Program-made: the position numbers and the translations under genes
The notes under the pieces: model-generated
What the model was told of the DNA's origin: nothing
Databases searched by the model: none
Seen by the model: only the letters and a program-made list of their open reading frames with translations
Part shown: positions 1-8,844 of the stretch, one piece after another
Numbering within the stretch: the first letter of the stretch is position 1
Layout: each line of letters opens with the position of its first letter
Assembly (NCBI GenBank): GCA_005883215.1
Contig: VAYS01000016.1
Span: 27,066 to 51,065 of the forward strand
Length of the DNA stretch: 24,000 nucleotides
Source: Actinomycetota bacterium
GTDB lineage: Bacteria > Actinomycetota > Thermoleophilia > Solirubrobacterales > Solirubrobacteraceae
Direction of reading: 5' to 3'

Positions 1-163
1 CCGGCTCGAGCGCCTCGACCAGCCGCCCGCGGGTGATGATCGGGTGGGGCGCCTGCACCCAGAAGCGCTGGCTGTAGGGACACGCCGATGGGTGGCGGCG
101 CCACCACAGCGCTACTCCGAGGACCGCCCCGCCGGCGCCGAGGACAAGCCTGCTTGGTCGCAT
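1..163 (-). CDS. 5' end of a gene running off the left edge. It encodes a hypothetical N-terminally membrane-anchored protein whose N-terminus resembles some actinobacterial class I SAM-dependent methyltransferases.
   Basis: ATG at 163-161 (minus strand). My own translation is MRPSRLVLGAGGAVLGVALWWRRHPSACPYSQRFWVQAPHPIITRGRLVEALEP..., with a hydrophobic helix followed by a PSACPY/ITR block. Third-codon positions are G/C-rich. It is absent from the ORF track because it has no stop inside the window. Confidence 0.4.
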   Translation of the reverse strand, partial: MRPSRLVLGAGGAVLGVALWWRRHPSACPYSQRFWVQAPHPIITRGRLVEALEP

Positions 164-244
164 CGTCAGGCGGGCAGTCTTCCAGGCGCGAGGGTCGGCG
201 GAGTCTCCGACGCGGAGCCCCCCGCATGGACAGATGTCAGGTCC

Positions 245-1407
245 CTACACGTACTCCTCCGCCGGCACCGGCTCTGGCTCCCGCTCCATGTCGCGCTCCT
301 CCTCGGCGTCGGGCAGGAACCAGCGCTCGGCGATGGCCGTGGGCAGCACGGCGGACAAGACCACGACGGTGATCAGCAACGAGAACTGGGTGCGGTTGAT
401 GATCCCGGCGTTCAGGCCGTACAGCGAGGAGATCGTTCCGAACGTCAGACCCGTGTCATGAGCAGGGTCGTGAACGTCGAATGCCGCGGCACGAAGCGGC
501 GGGCCATCGGATAGATCATCCCCAGCTTGGGCACGATCTTGGCCGCGAACAGCAGGGCAAGTAGCCCCAGGTTCGCCACCACCGCGTCGAGCGACACGTT
601 CAGCCCGCCCTTGAGGAAGAAGAAGGGGGTAAGGAAGGCGAAGGCCACCACCCGCAGGCGCTGCTGCTCGAGCCGGTGCTGCTCGAAGTGGGTGCCCATC
701 GCCAGCCCGAGGATGAACGCGGGCAGCACCGCGTGCCCCTTGGCGGCGTCGGCCAGCACCATCAGCACGAACAGGCAGGCGAACACCAGCTTGATCTCCG
801 GCTCGATCACCCGGTCTCCGTAGCGCCGGAAGAACCACGGCGCCACGCCCGGCAGCACCAGGATGAACACGATCGAGACGACCAGGAACGCCGGGAACCA
901 CAGGTTGGGATGTATGAAGATCGCCGACAGCGCGATCGCCGTTCCCAGATCGGTGACGAACGTGGCGCTCATCAGCAGCTTGCCGATCGCCGTCTCGTTG
1001 AGTCCCCGCTCGACGAGCACCGCGTAGACCACGGCCAGCGACGTCGTCGAGAGCGCCGTGCCGGCGATCAGCGACGCCTTGAGCGTCTATCCCAGCACGG
1101 CCAGCGCCACCAGCGAGGCCACCACGAACGGGCCGATGAACGAGACCAGGCCGATCCCCGCCGAGGCCGCGAACTCCTCGCGGTAGACGCCCGCGTCCAC
1201 CTCCATCCCGGCCAGGAAGGTCAGCACGATCGAGCCGAACCCGGCCACGAAGTCAAGCCACTGCTGGGAGTGCAGCGAGAAGACGTTGCCCAGCACCACC
1301 CCCAGCCCCAGCTCGACCAGCGCCACGGTCACGCCGAGCTCGACCGAGACCATCGAGGCCAAGAGCGCCGCGGCGGCGAGTACGGCGGCGAGTTCGACCG
1401 GCGACAC
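245..1407 (-). pseudogene. Cation/proton antiporter (CPA2, Kef/NapA-like). It is disrupted by an in-frame TAG and by a frameshift.
   Basis: Three track ORFs (1087-1452, 445-1032 and the tail of 245-901) together read as one polytopic antiporter, with segments such as GMEVD..., LKASLIAGTALSTTSLAVVYAVLVERGL and GLTFGTISSLYGL. ORFs 1087-1452 and 445-1032 share a frame and are separated only by TAG (cta at 1087-1089). The reading frame changes near 455-460, consistent with a 1-nt loss. The likely start is GTG at 1407, preceded by GGAGG. Confidence 0.8.
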
Positions 1408-1551
1408 AGCGGACCTCCACGAGCAGGGGTTGACGGATCTCGTAGAGGCCATCAGCGGCCAACGCCGCGGTTATGGAGCGAGCCTCATCGCTCGCCCGGC
1501 AGCCTATTCGACTGGCCACACGCGCGGATCGCCCCTAGGCTTGCGCCCAAC

Positions 1552-2118
1552 GTGTTCACGCTCAACCTGCCCAACCTACTCACGGTGGTGCGGATCCTGC
1601 TCGTGCCCGTGCTGGTGGTGGCGCTGCTGGAGAACACCACCGAGGCGGACCTGCTGGCGGCGGTGGTTTTCGCCGTGGCCTCGATCACCGACGTCCTCGA
1701 TGGCTATCTCGCGCGCGCGCGTAACTGGGTGACCACGTTCGGCAAGCTGATGGACCCGGTGGCCGACAAGCTGCTGGTGGTCGCCGCCCTGCTGGCACTG
1801 GTCGACCGCCACAAGCTGATGGCCTGGGTGGCGATGGTGATCATCGCCCGCGAGTTCGCGGTCACCGCCACCCGCCTGGCCGCCACCCAATCCGGGGTGG
1901 TGGTCGCGGCCAAGTTCTCAGGGAAAATAAAGACAGCTATTCAAGTGGCGACCATCTTTCTGCTGATCGCGGTGTCGGGGTCCCGTCCGCTCTGGTTGGA
2001 CGTACTCGTCTACGCGATGGTGGTGGTCACGGTGGTCTCGGGCGTCGACTACTTCTTCGGGCTGCGCCGTCAGCTGGGCCAGGCGCAGGCGCGGCGCGCC
2101 GAGACGGCTCGCTCCTAG
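1552..2118 (+). CDS. pgsA: CDP-diacylglycerol--glycerol-3-phosphate 3-phosphatidyltransferase (CDP-alcohol phosphatidyltransferase family)
   Basis: The C-terminal 188 aa of track ORF 676-2118 carry the start NLPNLLTVVRI and the CDP-alcohol motif DVLDGYLAR...G...D..ADK. GTG at 1552 is the first in-frame start before this conserved N-terminus. The upstream part of the ORF is an antisense shadow of the antiporter. Confidence 0.85.
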   Translation: MFTLNLPNLLTVVRILLVPVLVVALLENTTEADLLAAVVFAVASITDVLDGYLARARNWVTTFGKLMDPVADKLLVVAALLALVDRHKLMAWVAMVIIAREFAVTATRLAATQSGVVVAAKFSGKIKTAIQVATIFLLIAVSGSRPLWLDVLVYAMVVVTVVSGVDYFFGLRRQLGQAQARRAETARS

Positions 2119-2145
2119 CGGCGCGAGTGCTCTAGCCGCCCAGCG

Positions 2146-3138
2146 TCAACTGTTCAACCACTCGCGCATGGTGGTGTGGCGCGCGGCCACATCCCCCGTG
2201 CGTAGCTCGTCGCGCAGCTCGCCCATCAGCCCGAAGCGCTCGGCGACGACGTTGTGCTGGTGGATCGACTCGAGGTTCTCCTGGCGGGCGGAGACGAGGT
2301 CGGCGTCGGGCAGCTCGGGGTAGCGTTCGATCACGCCGGCGATCATCTCCCGCACGCAGTCCTCAACGAAGCGCGGCCGCCGATGGGCCTTCTCCACCAC
2401 CTGGGCCTCGTCGGAGCGCTTCATCAGCTCGTAGATCTCCGAGGACATCGAGCCCTCGACGATCTCCAGCAGCGTCTGGGCCTCGATCTGCGTGTCGCAG
2501 TCCTCGACGCAGCCGATGTGAAGCGTGCCGATGCCGCGCTGGTTGTGGGTGGCCACCGGCACCGCCTGCAGGATGCGCTCGACCTCCTCGGCGTCGAAGT
2601 CCTCGGCCAGCAGACGCTCGCGCGCACGGCCGGTGACGAGCTCCTGCGCACACGGGCAGGCGGTCATGCCCTGGGCGGCGACTCCGACCAGCCGCCGGGT
2701 GCCCCGCTCCGAGGCGACGGCCGAGCCGAAGAGGGTGTAGATCTCCTGCGTCTGGGTACCCGAGGCCGGGGCCGGCTTGTGCTCGGGGTAGCGGGCGGCG
2801 ATCGTGACCTCGGCCCGGCGCGCGCGCTGACGGTCGCGCACGAGGACGGCGATGTGCTCGGCCAGGGTCTCGGCCTTTAAGGTGGACTCGCCCAGGATCA
2901 CCTCTCCGAGGGCCTCGTTGACCACCTCCTCGAAGCGCGACATGTGCGCGCCCTTCTGCGCGGCGCCGAGGTCGACGAAGCACTCGAGCCGAGCGTAGAA
3001 CAGCTGCTCGGAGTGGTCCTGGCGCAGGCGAATGACCTTCTCGACGCCGGTGACGCCGACCCGCGAAAGCCCCACCTGGACGGTCGGGGCCTGGGCCTGG
3101 ACGTCGGGCGTGTGTGCAGAAACGGCGGTCGGTTCCAT
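2146..3138 (-). CDS. folE2: GTP cyclohydrolase FolE2 / MptA family (type IB GTP cyclohydrolase)
   Basis: 330-aa ORF with the blocks GLSRVGVTG..., KGAHMSRF and ACPCAQEL that are typical of FolE2 (DUF198). Third-codon positions are G/C-rich. Confidence 0.8.
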   Translation of the reverse strand: MEPTAVSAHTPDVQAQAPTVQVGLSRVGVTGVEKVIRLRQDHSEQLFYARLECFVDLGAAQKGAHMSRFEEVVNEALGEVILGESTLKAETLAEHIAVLVRDRQRARRAEVTIAARYPEHKPAPASGTQTQEIYTLFGSAVASERGTRRLVGVAAQGMTACPCAQELVTGRARERLLAEDFDAEEVERILQAVPVATHNQRGIGTLHIGCVEDCDTQIEAQTLLEIVEGSMSSEIYELMKRSDEAQVVEKAHRRPRFVEDCVREMIAGVIERYPELPDADLVSARQENLESIHQHNVVAERFGLMGELRDELRTGDVAARHTTMREWLNS

Positions 3139-3367
3139 GAGCGCTCCAGGGTAGTGATCGGCCCTGGCCGGCTACCCGCAACTCCCGGTTCTCGCCCCTC
3201 CCCGAAACTCTGCTATCACTTCGGAAGTTGGTTGGAGGCGATCCTAGCCACTAGTGGGTATGCCCGCTCAGCCCCGCGCGGTAGCGCCGCGGCTTGGAGA
3301 GGAACATAGGGAGAGGTCCCCCCAGCTTGGGGGGAGACACCAGGCTCAGGCGAAGGGGTTGGCGGAT

Positions 3368-4528
3368 TTGGCGGAGAAGGTCGCGGAGAAGGTCGAAACC
3401 CTGGAGGATGCTCCGCTCGCCGAGCGCGACGAGCTCAAGGCGGTGATCGCCGAGGGTCAGGAGCGAGGCTCGCTTACCCCGGAGGCGGTCGCCGACTGCC
3501 TCGAGGATCTCGAGGTGACCCGCGAGCAGGTCCACGACCTGCACACCCATCTGGAGGATCTCGGCATCGAGGTCGTCTCCAACGTCGACTCACCCATCCC
3601 GCCGCTGGGCGACGGCGGGGGGACTCCGGAGCGCCCGGAGGTGCCCGCCGTGCCGACCCGGATGCCGACGATCAAGAAGGTCGAGGTCGACCTGACGGTC
3701 GAGCCGAGCCTGGACGCGCTGCGACTGTATCTGCGCTCGATCGGTCGCGTGAATCTGCTTACCGCCGCCGACGAGGTCGCGCTGGCCAAGCGCATCGAGC
3801 GCGGCGACATGTGCGCCAAGGAGCAGATGATCGAGGCCAACCTGCGCCTGGTCGTCTCGATCGCCAAGGGCTACCTCGGGCGCGGCCTGACCTTCCTCGA
3901 CCTGATCCAGGAGGGCTCGCTCGGCCTGATCCGCGCCGTGGAGAAGTTCGACTATCGGCGCGGCTACAAGTTCTCCACCTACGCCACGTGGTGGATTCGC
4001 CAGGCGGTCACCCGCGCGATCGCCGACAAGGGACGCACGATTCGCATCCCGGTGCACATGGTGGAGAAGCTCAACAAGGTGGTCCACGTCGAGCGCCAGC
4101 TGGTCCAGCAGCTCGGACGCGAGCCCACCCCCGATGAGATCGCCGCCGAGCTGGAGACCACGCAGCGCGAGGTGCGCGACATCATGCGCATGGCCCAGCA
4201 GCCTGTCTCCCTCGAGAAGCCGATCGGCGAAGAGGAAGACTCCGCGCTCGGCGACTTCGTCGAGGACGACACCGCCGAATCGCCGTTTGACCGCGCCTCG
4301 GAGAACCTGCGCCGGGAGAACGTGGCCCGTGCGCTGGCTACCCTGCCCCGTCGCGAGCGCGAGGTGATCGAGATGCGCTTCGGTCTCACCGGCGAGCGTC
4401 CGCAGACGCTCGAAGAGGTGGGGCTGGCCTTCGACGTCACCCGCGAGCGCATCCGCCAGATCGAAAATCACACCCTCAAGAAGCTCGAGGCGCTGCCCGA
4501 GGCCCAGGGCCTGCGCGACGCCTCGTAG
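3368..4528 (+). CDS. rpoD: Principal RNA polymerase sigma factor (sigma-70 group 1, RpoD/SigA)
   Basis: Conserved regions present: 1.2 ([15 protein letters not shown]), 2 ([12 protein letters not shown]...[37 protein letters not shown]), 3 and 4 ([19 protein letters not shown]). The ORF is open from ATG 3254. I favour TTG 3368 because GAAGGGG lies 9 nt upstream and a strong hairpin at 3317-3335 would otherwise fall inside the coding region. The start remains uncertain. Confidence 0.9.
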   Translation: MAEKVAEKVETLEDAPLAERDELKAVIAEGQERGSLTPEAVADCLEDLEVTREQVHDLHTHLEDLGIEVVSNVDSPIPPLGDGGGTPERPEVPAVPTRMPTIKKVEVDLTVEPSLDALRLYLRSIGRVNLLTAADEVALAKRIERGDMCAKEQMIEANLRLVVSIAKGYLGRGLTFLDLIQEGSLGLIRAVEKFDYRRGYKFSTYATWWIRQAVTRAIADKGRTIRIPVHMVEKLNKVVHVERQLVQQLGREPTPDEIAAELETTQREVRDIMRMAQQPVSLEKPIGEEEDSALGDFVEDDTAESPFDRASENLRRENVARALATLPRREREVIEMRFGLTGERPQTLEEVGLAFDVTRERIRQIENHTLKKLEALPEAQGLRDAS

Positions 4529-4586
4529 CTCGCGCTGTGCGGGACCGGCTCAGCACACCGCCACGGAGCGGGCGCACTCTTTCGCT

Positions 4587-5897
4587 CTAAGGCGCGTCGG
4601 CCTTGCCCTGGTCGCCGGGGGCCTCGACGGGAGCGCCGCGCCCGCGGGCGAGGGGAAGCCGCAGTAGGAAGCGGGCGCCCGTCTCGCCGGCGAGCGGAGC
4701 CTCGAGCGTGACCGTGCCGCCGTGCGCCTGGGCCACGGCCCGCACGATCGGCAAGCCGAGCCCTGAGCCGGCTGCCGCGGCCGTCGAGCCGCGGTGGAAG
4801 CGGTCAAAGATCCGCTCGCGCTGGCCAGGAGCGATGCCCGGGCCGTAGTCGATCACCGCTAGCTGGGCGCGGCCCTCGCTCGCCGCTACCGCGAGCTCGA
4901 CGCGCCCGCCCGCGGCGCCGTAGCGGATGGCGTTGTCGATGAGATTGAAGACGGCCCGCGCCAGCAGACGCTCGTCGCCGGTTACGACCACCGGCTCGGG
5001 CGCGTCGACGCTCAGGACGACATCCGCCGCTGTCGCGGCTTGCTCGCGCTCGGCGGCACAGGTGGCGACGAGCGCATCGAACCGCAACGGCTCGAGCTCT
5101 CTGAGCTGCTGACCGGCGTCCAGCCCCGCGAGCTCGAGCATGTCGGCCAGCGTCGTGCCGGCGACGGCGGCGGTGTCGGCGATCAGACGAGCGTCCTCGG
5201 GGCGCGGCCCCTCGCGCAGCGCCTGCTCGGCTCGTCCGCGGACGATCGCCCATGGGGTTCGGAGCTCGTGCGCGGCATCGGCCAGAAACGCCTGCTCGCG
5301 CGCCAGGGTGTCGCTCGCGGGCCGCACGGCTCGTCCGATCAGCAGCGCTCCCAGTCCGGCCAGCAGCAGCCAGCCGGCCAGGGCGGCGCCGGCCGCCAGC
5401 AGCGCGGTGGTGCGGACCTGGTCAGAGATCGTGTTGGTGCGCTGATAGCCCAGCGCGGCGCCGATCGTGCTGTTGGCGCCCTCGACCGGCAGGGCCACCA
5501 GTCGACCCGGCCCGCCGTACAGCCGGACGGGCACTGCGGCTTCGTTGCCTGCCGCGGCGCGACGCAGCGCGAGGCGGCGCGTGGCAGGGGGCAGGTTGCT
5601 GTCGGCGACGACCGGTTGGGCGTGACTGTCGATCACCGCGGTCAGTGGCCCGCCGCGCCGACGGGGGGTGTTCTGATAGGTGGTCGTGTCGATCCGGCCG
5701 GGGTGGTTGTCGTCCTCGCCGATCGTGGCAAGGGTGTCGCTGGCGGCGCCCTGAACGCTCGCGTCCAGTCGGTCGTGGCGGCGGGTGGAATCTGCCAGCA
5801 CGAAGAGAACGATGGGCACGGCGATCGCGACGGCGAGCGTCGCCGCCAGATACACGCGCAGGCGACGGCGCAGTTGCGCGAGGGAGCTCGGGGTCAC
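4587..5897 (-). CDS. Sensor histidine kinase (two TM segments, HisKA and HATPase_c domains)
   Basis: H-box FLADAAHELRTPW, N-box NLIDNAIRYG and G-boxes DYGPGI / GSGLGLPIV. The GTG start overlaps the response-regulator stop as GTGA at 5894-5897. Confidence 0.9.
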   Translation of the reverse strand: MTPSSLAQLRRRLRVYLAATLAVAIAVPIVLFVLADSTRRHDRLDASVQGAASDTLATIGEDDNHPGRIDTTTYQNTPRRRGGPLTAVIDSHAQPVVADSNLPPATRRLALRRAAAGNEAAVPVRLYGGPGRLVALPVEGANSTIGAALGYQRTNTISDQVRTTALLAAGAALAGWLLLAGLGALLIGRAVRPASDTLAREQAFLADAAHELRTPWAIVRGRAEQALREGPRPEDARLIADTAAVAGTTLADMLELAGLDAGQQLRELEPLRFDALVATCAAEREQAATAADVVLSVDAPEPVVVTGDERLLARAVFNLIDNAIRYGAAGGRVELAVAASEGRAQLAVIDYGPGIAPGQRERIFDRFHRGSTAAAAGSGLGLPIVRAVAQAHGGTVTLEAPLAGETGARFLLRLPLARGRGAPVEAPGDQGKADAP

Positions 5898-6559
5898 GGC
5901 ACGCCGTCCCCGATCCGGTAGCCGGCGCCGCGAACGGTGTCGATCACGCCGGTCCCCAGCTTGCGCCGCAGCCGACGTACGAGCGCGTCGACGACGTTGG
6001 ACTCCGGCTCGGCCGCGTGGTCCCAGCAGTGCTCGAGCAGCTCGTAGCGATCCACGACACCGCCCTCGGCGAGCGCGAGATGTTCGAGCAGGGCGAATTC
6101 CTTTATCGTCAGGGACACGATGACGCCCGCGGAGCGCACGCGCCGGCGGGCGCGATCGATCTCGAGCGAGCCGACGTGCAGCAGCGGTCGCGGCGCGACC
6201 GGTGCGCGGCGCTCGAGGGCCTTGACCCGGGCGATCAGCTCGTCCATGGCGAAGGGCTTGGTCAGGTAGTCGTCGGCGCCGGCGCCCAACCCGGCCACCA
6301 CCGCCTGCGTCTCATCGAGCGCCGTCAGGACGAGCACGGGCAGCGGGCGATCTTCGGCGCGCCATTCGGCGCACAGGTCGAGCCCCTCTCCGTCGGGGAG
6401 GCGGCGGTCGAGCACACAGAGGTCGTAGTCATGCATGTCTGCGAGCAGCCGGGCCCCGGCGAGGTCGGGCGCGAGATCGCACGCGTATCCGTTGTGCCGA
6501 AGCGCCTGACAGACGGTGTCCGCTAGAGCGGCCGTGTCCTCGACGACCAGGATCCGCAT
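5894..6559 (-). CDS. OmpR/PhoB-family response regulator (receiver plus winged-helix domains)
   Basis: MRILVVEDT..., DLCVLDRRLPDGEG, DDYLTKPF, and a C-terminal Trans_reg_C block (LTIKEFALLEHL...VRGAGYRI). Confidence 0.9.
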   Translation of the reverse strand: MRILVVEDTAALADTVCQALRHNGYACDLAPDLAGARLLADMHDYDLCVLDRRLPDGEGLDLCAEWRAEDRPLPVLVLTALDETQAVVAGLGAGADDYLTKPFAMDELIARVKALERRAPVAPRPLLHVGSLEIDRARRRVRSAGVIVSLTIKEFALLEHLALAEGGVVDRYELLEHCWDHAAEPESNVVDALVRRLRRKLGTGVIDTVRGAGYRIGDGVP

Positions 6560-6561
6560 GA

Positions 6562-6580
6562 CGTCATCTTCGCGTCATCT
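6562..6580. promoter_or_regulatory. Candidate response-regulator box: the 8-nt direct repeat CGTCATCT occurs twice with 11-bp spacing
   Basis: CGTCATCT lies at 6562-6569 and again at 6573-6580. Both copies sit in the 42-bp gap between the regulator start (6559, minus) and the protease start (6602, plus). Confidence 0.35.
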
Positions 6581-6601
6581 GCAGCGGCGCACAGTGCCGC
6601 C

Positions 6602-7501
6602 ATGCAAACTCATCGACTCACCCAACTCGTTGCAGCCGCCGTGGTGGCCGCCGCGCTCGCGGCCCCCGGCTCGGCGGGCGCGATCGTCCTCGGCAAGCAT
6701 GACGTGGGCGGCGTCGCACGCAGCGGCGTGTTTCCGTACGTGGCGGCGCTGGTTTATTCCGGACAGTCCGCCCTCGATGGTCAATTCTGCGGCGCCAGCG
6801 TGATCTCGCCCGGTGCCGTCCTAACTGCTGCGCATTGCGTGCACGGGATGACGACCGGCCAGATCGCCGTAGTCACGGGCAGCACACTTCTGTCCGACGA
6901 ACGTCACGGCCAGCGCACGGCCGTCGCTCAGATCGTTATCCATCCGCACTACAGCGACGACAGCATGGCCCATGACGTCGCGGTGCTGTTGCTGGCTCAC
7001 GACGTCGCCGCCCCGCCCATCGCGGTCGCGGGCCGGCGGGACGCCGGCGTCGACGCTCCGGGGGTGAAGGCCAGAGTCGCTGGCTGGGGCGATATCTCCA
7101 ACGGCCAGGACGATGGGCCAGACGCATTGCGGTGGACCTCGGTGGATGTCCGCAGCGACCGAACCTGCCGCCACAGCTACGGCGACGATTACCTCCGCAG
7201 CACGATGCTGTGCGCCGGTGGCAACACGGCCGACCCCTGCGGCGGCGACTCGGGCGGGCCGCTAGTCGCGACCGGCCGCGACGGAGCCGCCCGCCAGATC
7301 GGCATCGTTTCCTTCGGCGGGGACCGCTGCGGTCAGCCCGGGGTACCGGGGATGTACGCTCGGGTCTCCAGCGACGGGGCCTGGATCCAAGCGCTGCTCG
7401 CAACGAGCACCCGTGCGACGGGCATCCTCCCCGGAGTACGTCAAACGGCCGCGCGACTCCCTCCCCTGCTCACTCGGCGACGCCGCGCCGGTGACTCATA
7501 A
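6602..7501 (+). CDS. Secreted trypsin-like serine protease (peptidase S1 family)
   Basis: Signal peptide ending AGA followed by IVLG. The catalytic triad contexts are TAAHCV, DVAVLLL and GDSGGPL. Confidence 0.88.
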   Translation: MQTHRLTQLVAAAVVAAALAAPGSAGAIVLGKHDVGGVARSGVFPYVAALVYSGQSALDGQFCGASVISPGAVLTAAHCVHGMTTGQIAVVTGSTLLSDERHGQRTAVAQIVIHPHYSDDSMAHDVAVLLLAHDVAAPPIAVAGRRDAGVDAPGVKARVAGWGDISNGQDDGPDALRWTSVDVRSDRTCRHSYGDDYLRSTMLCAGGNTADPCGGDSGGPLVATGRDGAARQIGIVSFGGDRCGQPGVPGMYARVSSDGAWIQALLATSTRATGILPGVRQTAARLPPLLTRRRRAGDS

Positions 7502-7759
7502 TCGGGCGCCGCGAAGTCGTCCCGTTGTTCCACCGCCCCGACTACGACTTGGCTCTTCGATTCCGATCGCTGCGATTACCTGTTCGCCCATGTCGGCGCC
7601 GGCCGCCAGCGGCTCATTCCGGCAGCGGCTGTGGGGACAGCACGGGGATTTGTCTCGGCGGCCCCAGGTACTCCGAGTGCGAGGTTGAGCGCGGCACCCC
7701 GCTCCGGCACAAGACGACCCGGCCGCTAAGACCCAACGGCTAGACTCGATTCCCGCCCC

Positions 7760-7841
7760 GGCGGGGTACCGAAGCGGTCAAACGGGATCGGCTGTAAACC
7801 GATTGGCTCTGCCTTCGCAGGTTCGAATCCTGCCCCCGCCA
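7760..7841 (+). tRNA. tRNA-Tyr (anticodon GTA), type II with a long variable arm; CCA is not encoded
   Basis: Hand-folded. Acceptor GGCGGGG/CCCCGCC, anticodon stem ATCGG/CCGAT with loop CTGTAAA, long variable arm, and T-arm GGTTCGAATCC. It is near-collinear with the bacterial tRNA-Tyr layout. Confidence 0.9.
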
Positions 7842-7900
7842 TTTCATCCTGCGAGCGCCCCCCGCGCGATCGCGTCCGGCCCGGCTCATACCTTCTTTAC

Positions 7901-8272
7901 ATGCTCTCGGCGAGCGTGCCGGGATGGCCTCTTTGGCTAGCCGGAGTGTTGGTTGCCTTGGCGTTCTACGCCGGGGCCGCCTACCTGGTGGTGACCGGAA
8001 TTCGCGCTGGGCTGATGGCACTGCGCCGAGTTCGCGCGACGATGCGGGATAACGAGCGCGCGCGCCTCTTTGACGGGGAGTCATACCCCACGCTGTTCGA
8101 CGTGGCCGTCGCGCGAGCGGCCGATGCCGAGGCACCAGCGTGGTCGCCGGAGCCGGAGCCCGTCGCGGCGGTCCGCTCCCCCGACGCACGCGAGCGCGCG
8201 CGGCGCGCGCGGGAGCGCCGCCGAGTGGCGTCCGCCAGCGCCGCGCACGGCTCGTTCAGGCGCGCCGCGTAG
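7901..8272 (+). CDS. Hypothetical small membrane protein with one or two TM helices and an Arg-rich tail
   Basis: 123-aa ORF with a hydrophobic N-terminus (WPLWLAGVLVALAFYAGAAYLVVTGI). I recognise no family. Confidence 0.4.
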   Translation: MLSASVPGWPLWLAGVLVALAFYAGAAYLVVTGIRAGLMALRRVRATMRDNERARLFDGESYPTLFDVAVARAADAEAPAWSPEPEPVAAVRSPDARERARRARERRRVASASAAHGSFRRAA

Positions 8273-8374
8273 GCGCCGCCTGCGGCCGGTACCAGCCTCG
8301 CTTCCGCGGCCCTGGCGCTGGGGCCTTTGCGGTGAGATGATCGACGGGTCGAGAGCCAGCCGAAAGGAGCCGCC

Positions 8375-8824
8375 TTGGAGTCCTCCTCCCCAGTACGCGT
8401 CCTGGTCGTGGCCCACAAGACCGCGGCTACACGTCCGCTGATCGAAGCCGTACGCAAGAGAGCGAAAAAGGGACCGTGCACGTTCACGCTGGTCGTACCC
8501 AAGGCCGCCCACGGGCTCCACAGGGTCGTCGACCCCGAAGATCAGCAGCACGGTGAGGCGAAGGCCGTTCTCGACCAGGCTCTTCCGCTGCTTAGTGAGG
8601 CCGCTGGCTCCAAGGTCGAGGGCCTGATTGGTGCCCACGAGCCCCTGAATGCGATCCAGGACGCGGTCAACATCGAGGGCTTCGACGAGATCATCATCTC
8701 CACCCTTCCGGCCCGTGTCTCGCGCTGGCTGCGGCTAGATCTGCCGCACAAGCTCACCGGGCTTGGCCTCCCGGTGACAACCGTGACCCCGTCTGAGGAG
8801 GAAGTGGAGCAAGCGGCGAGCTGA
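8375..8824 (+). CDS. Hypothetical protein, possibly with a universal-stress-protein-like (adenine nucleotide alpha-hydrolase) fold
   Basis: TTG start at 8375 with AAAGGAG 5 nt upstream. The pattern VRVLVVAH...FTLVVP...FDEIIIST is USP-like in layout only. Confidence 0.55.
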   Translation: MESSSPVRVLVVAHKTAATRPLIEAVRKRAKKGPCTFTLVVPKAAHGLHRVVDPEDQQHGEAKAVLDQALPLLSEAAGSKVEGLIGAHEPLNAIQDAVNIEGFDEIIISTLPARVSRWLRLDLPHKLTGLGLPVTTVTPSEEEVEQAAS

Positions 8825-8844
8825 TCGCCCCAGGGTCGTCGCCG

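Noticed and set aside
676-1551. The first roughly 290 aa of the 480-aa track ORF 676-2118
   Set aside because: It runs antisense to the antiporter gene. Its sequence is low-complexity and rich in R, H, D, Q and E. The recognisable PgsA sequence begins only at GTG 1552. This is a typical GC-rich shadow ORF.
1915-1960. A patch of A/T-ending codons (tca ggg aaa ata aag aca gct att caa) inside pgsA
   Set aside because: This is a compositional oddity for such a G+C-rich gene. However, the encoded peptide (FSGKIKTAIQV) is the conserved GK-KT-Q block of the family and the frame is intact. There is no evidence of an embedded element.
3254-3367. N-terminal extension of the sigma-factor ORF from ATG 3254
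   Set aside because: The extension is basic and Pro/Arg-rich and contains a strong G/C hairpin. A better RBS-start pair exists at 3352-3358 and 3368. I kept it only as an alternative start.
3590-4471. Minus-strand 293-aa ORF opposite the sigma-factor gene
   Set aside because: It is a shadow frame of a highly conserved gene and contains no motifs.
5040-6526. Long plus-strand ORFs 5040-5921 and 5252-6526 (293 and 424 aa)
   Set aside because: They run antisense to the clearly recognisable histidine kinase and response-regulator genes. Their composition is Arg/Pro/Gly-rich with no domain-like blocks.
7740-8189. Minus-strand 149-aa ORF
   Set aside because: It overlaps tRNA-Tyr and the plus-strand small membrane protein gene. 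Its composition is extremely Arg/Pro-rich.
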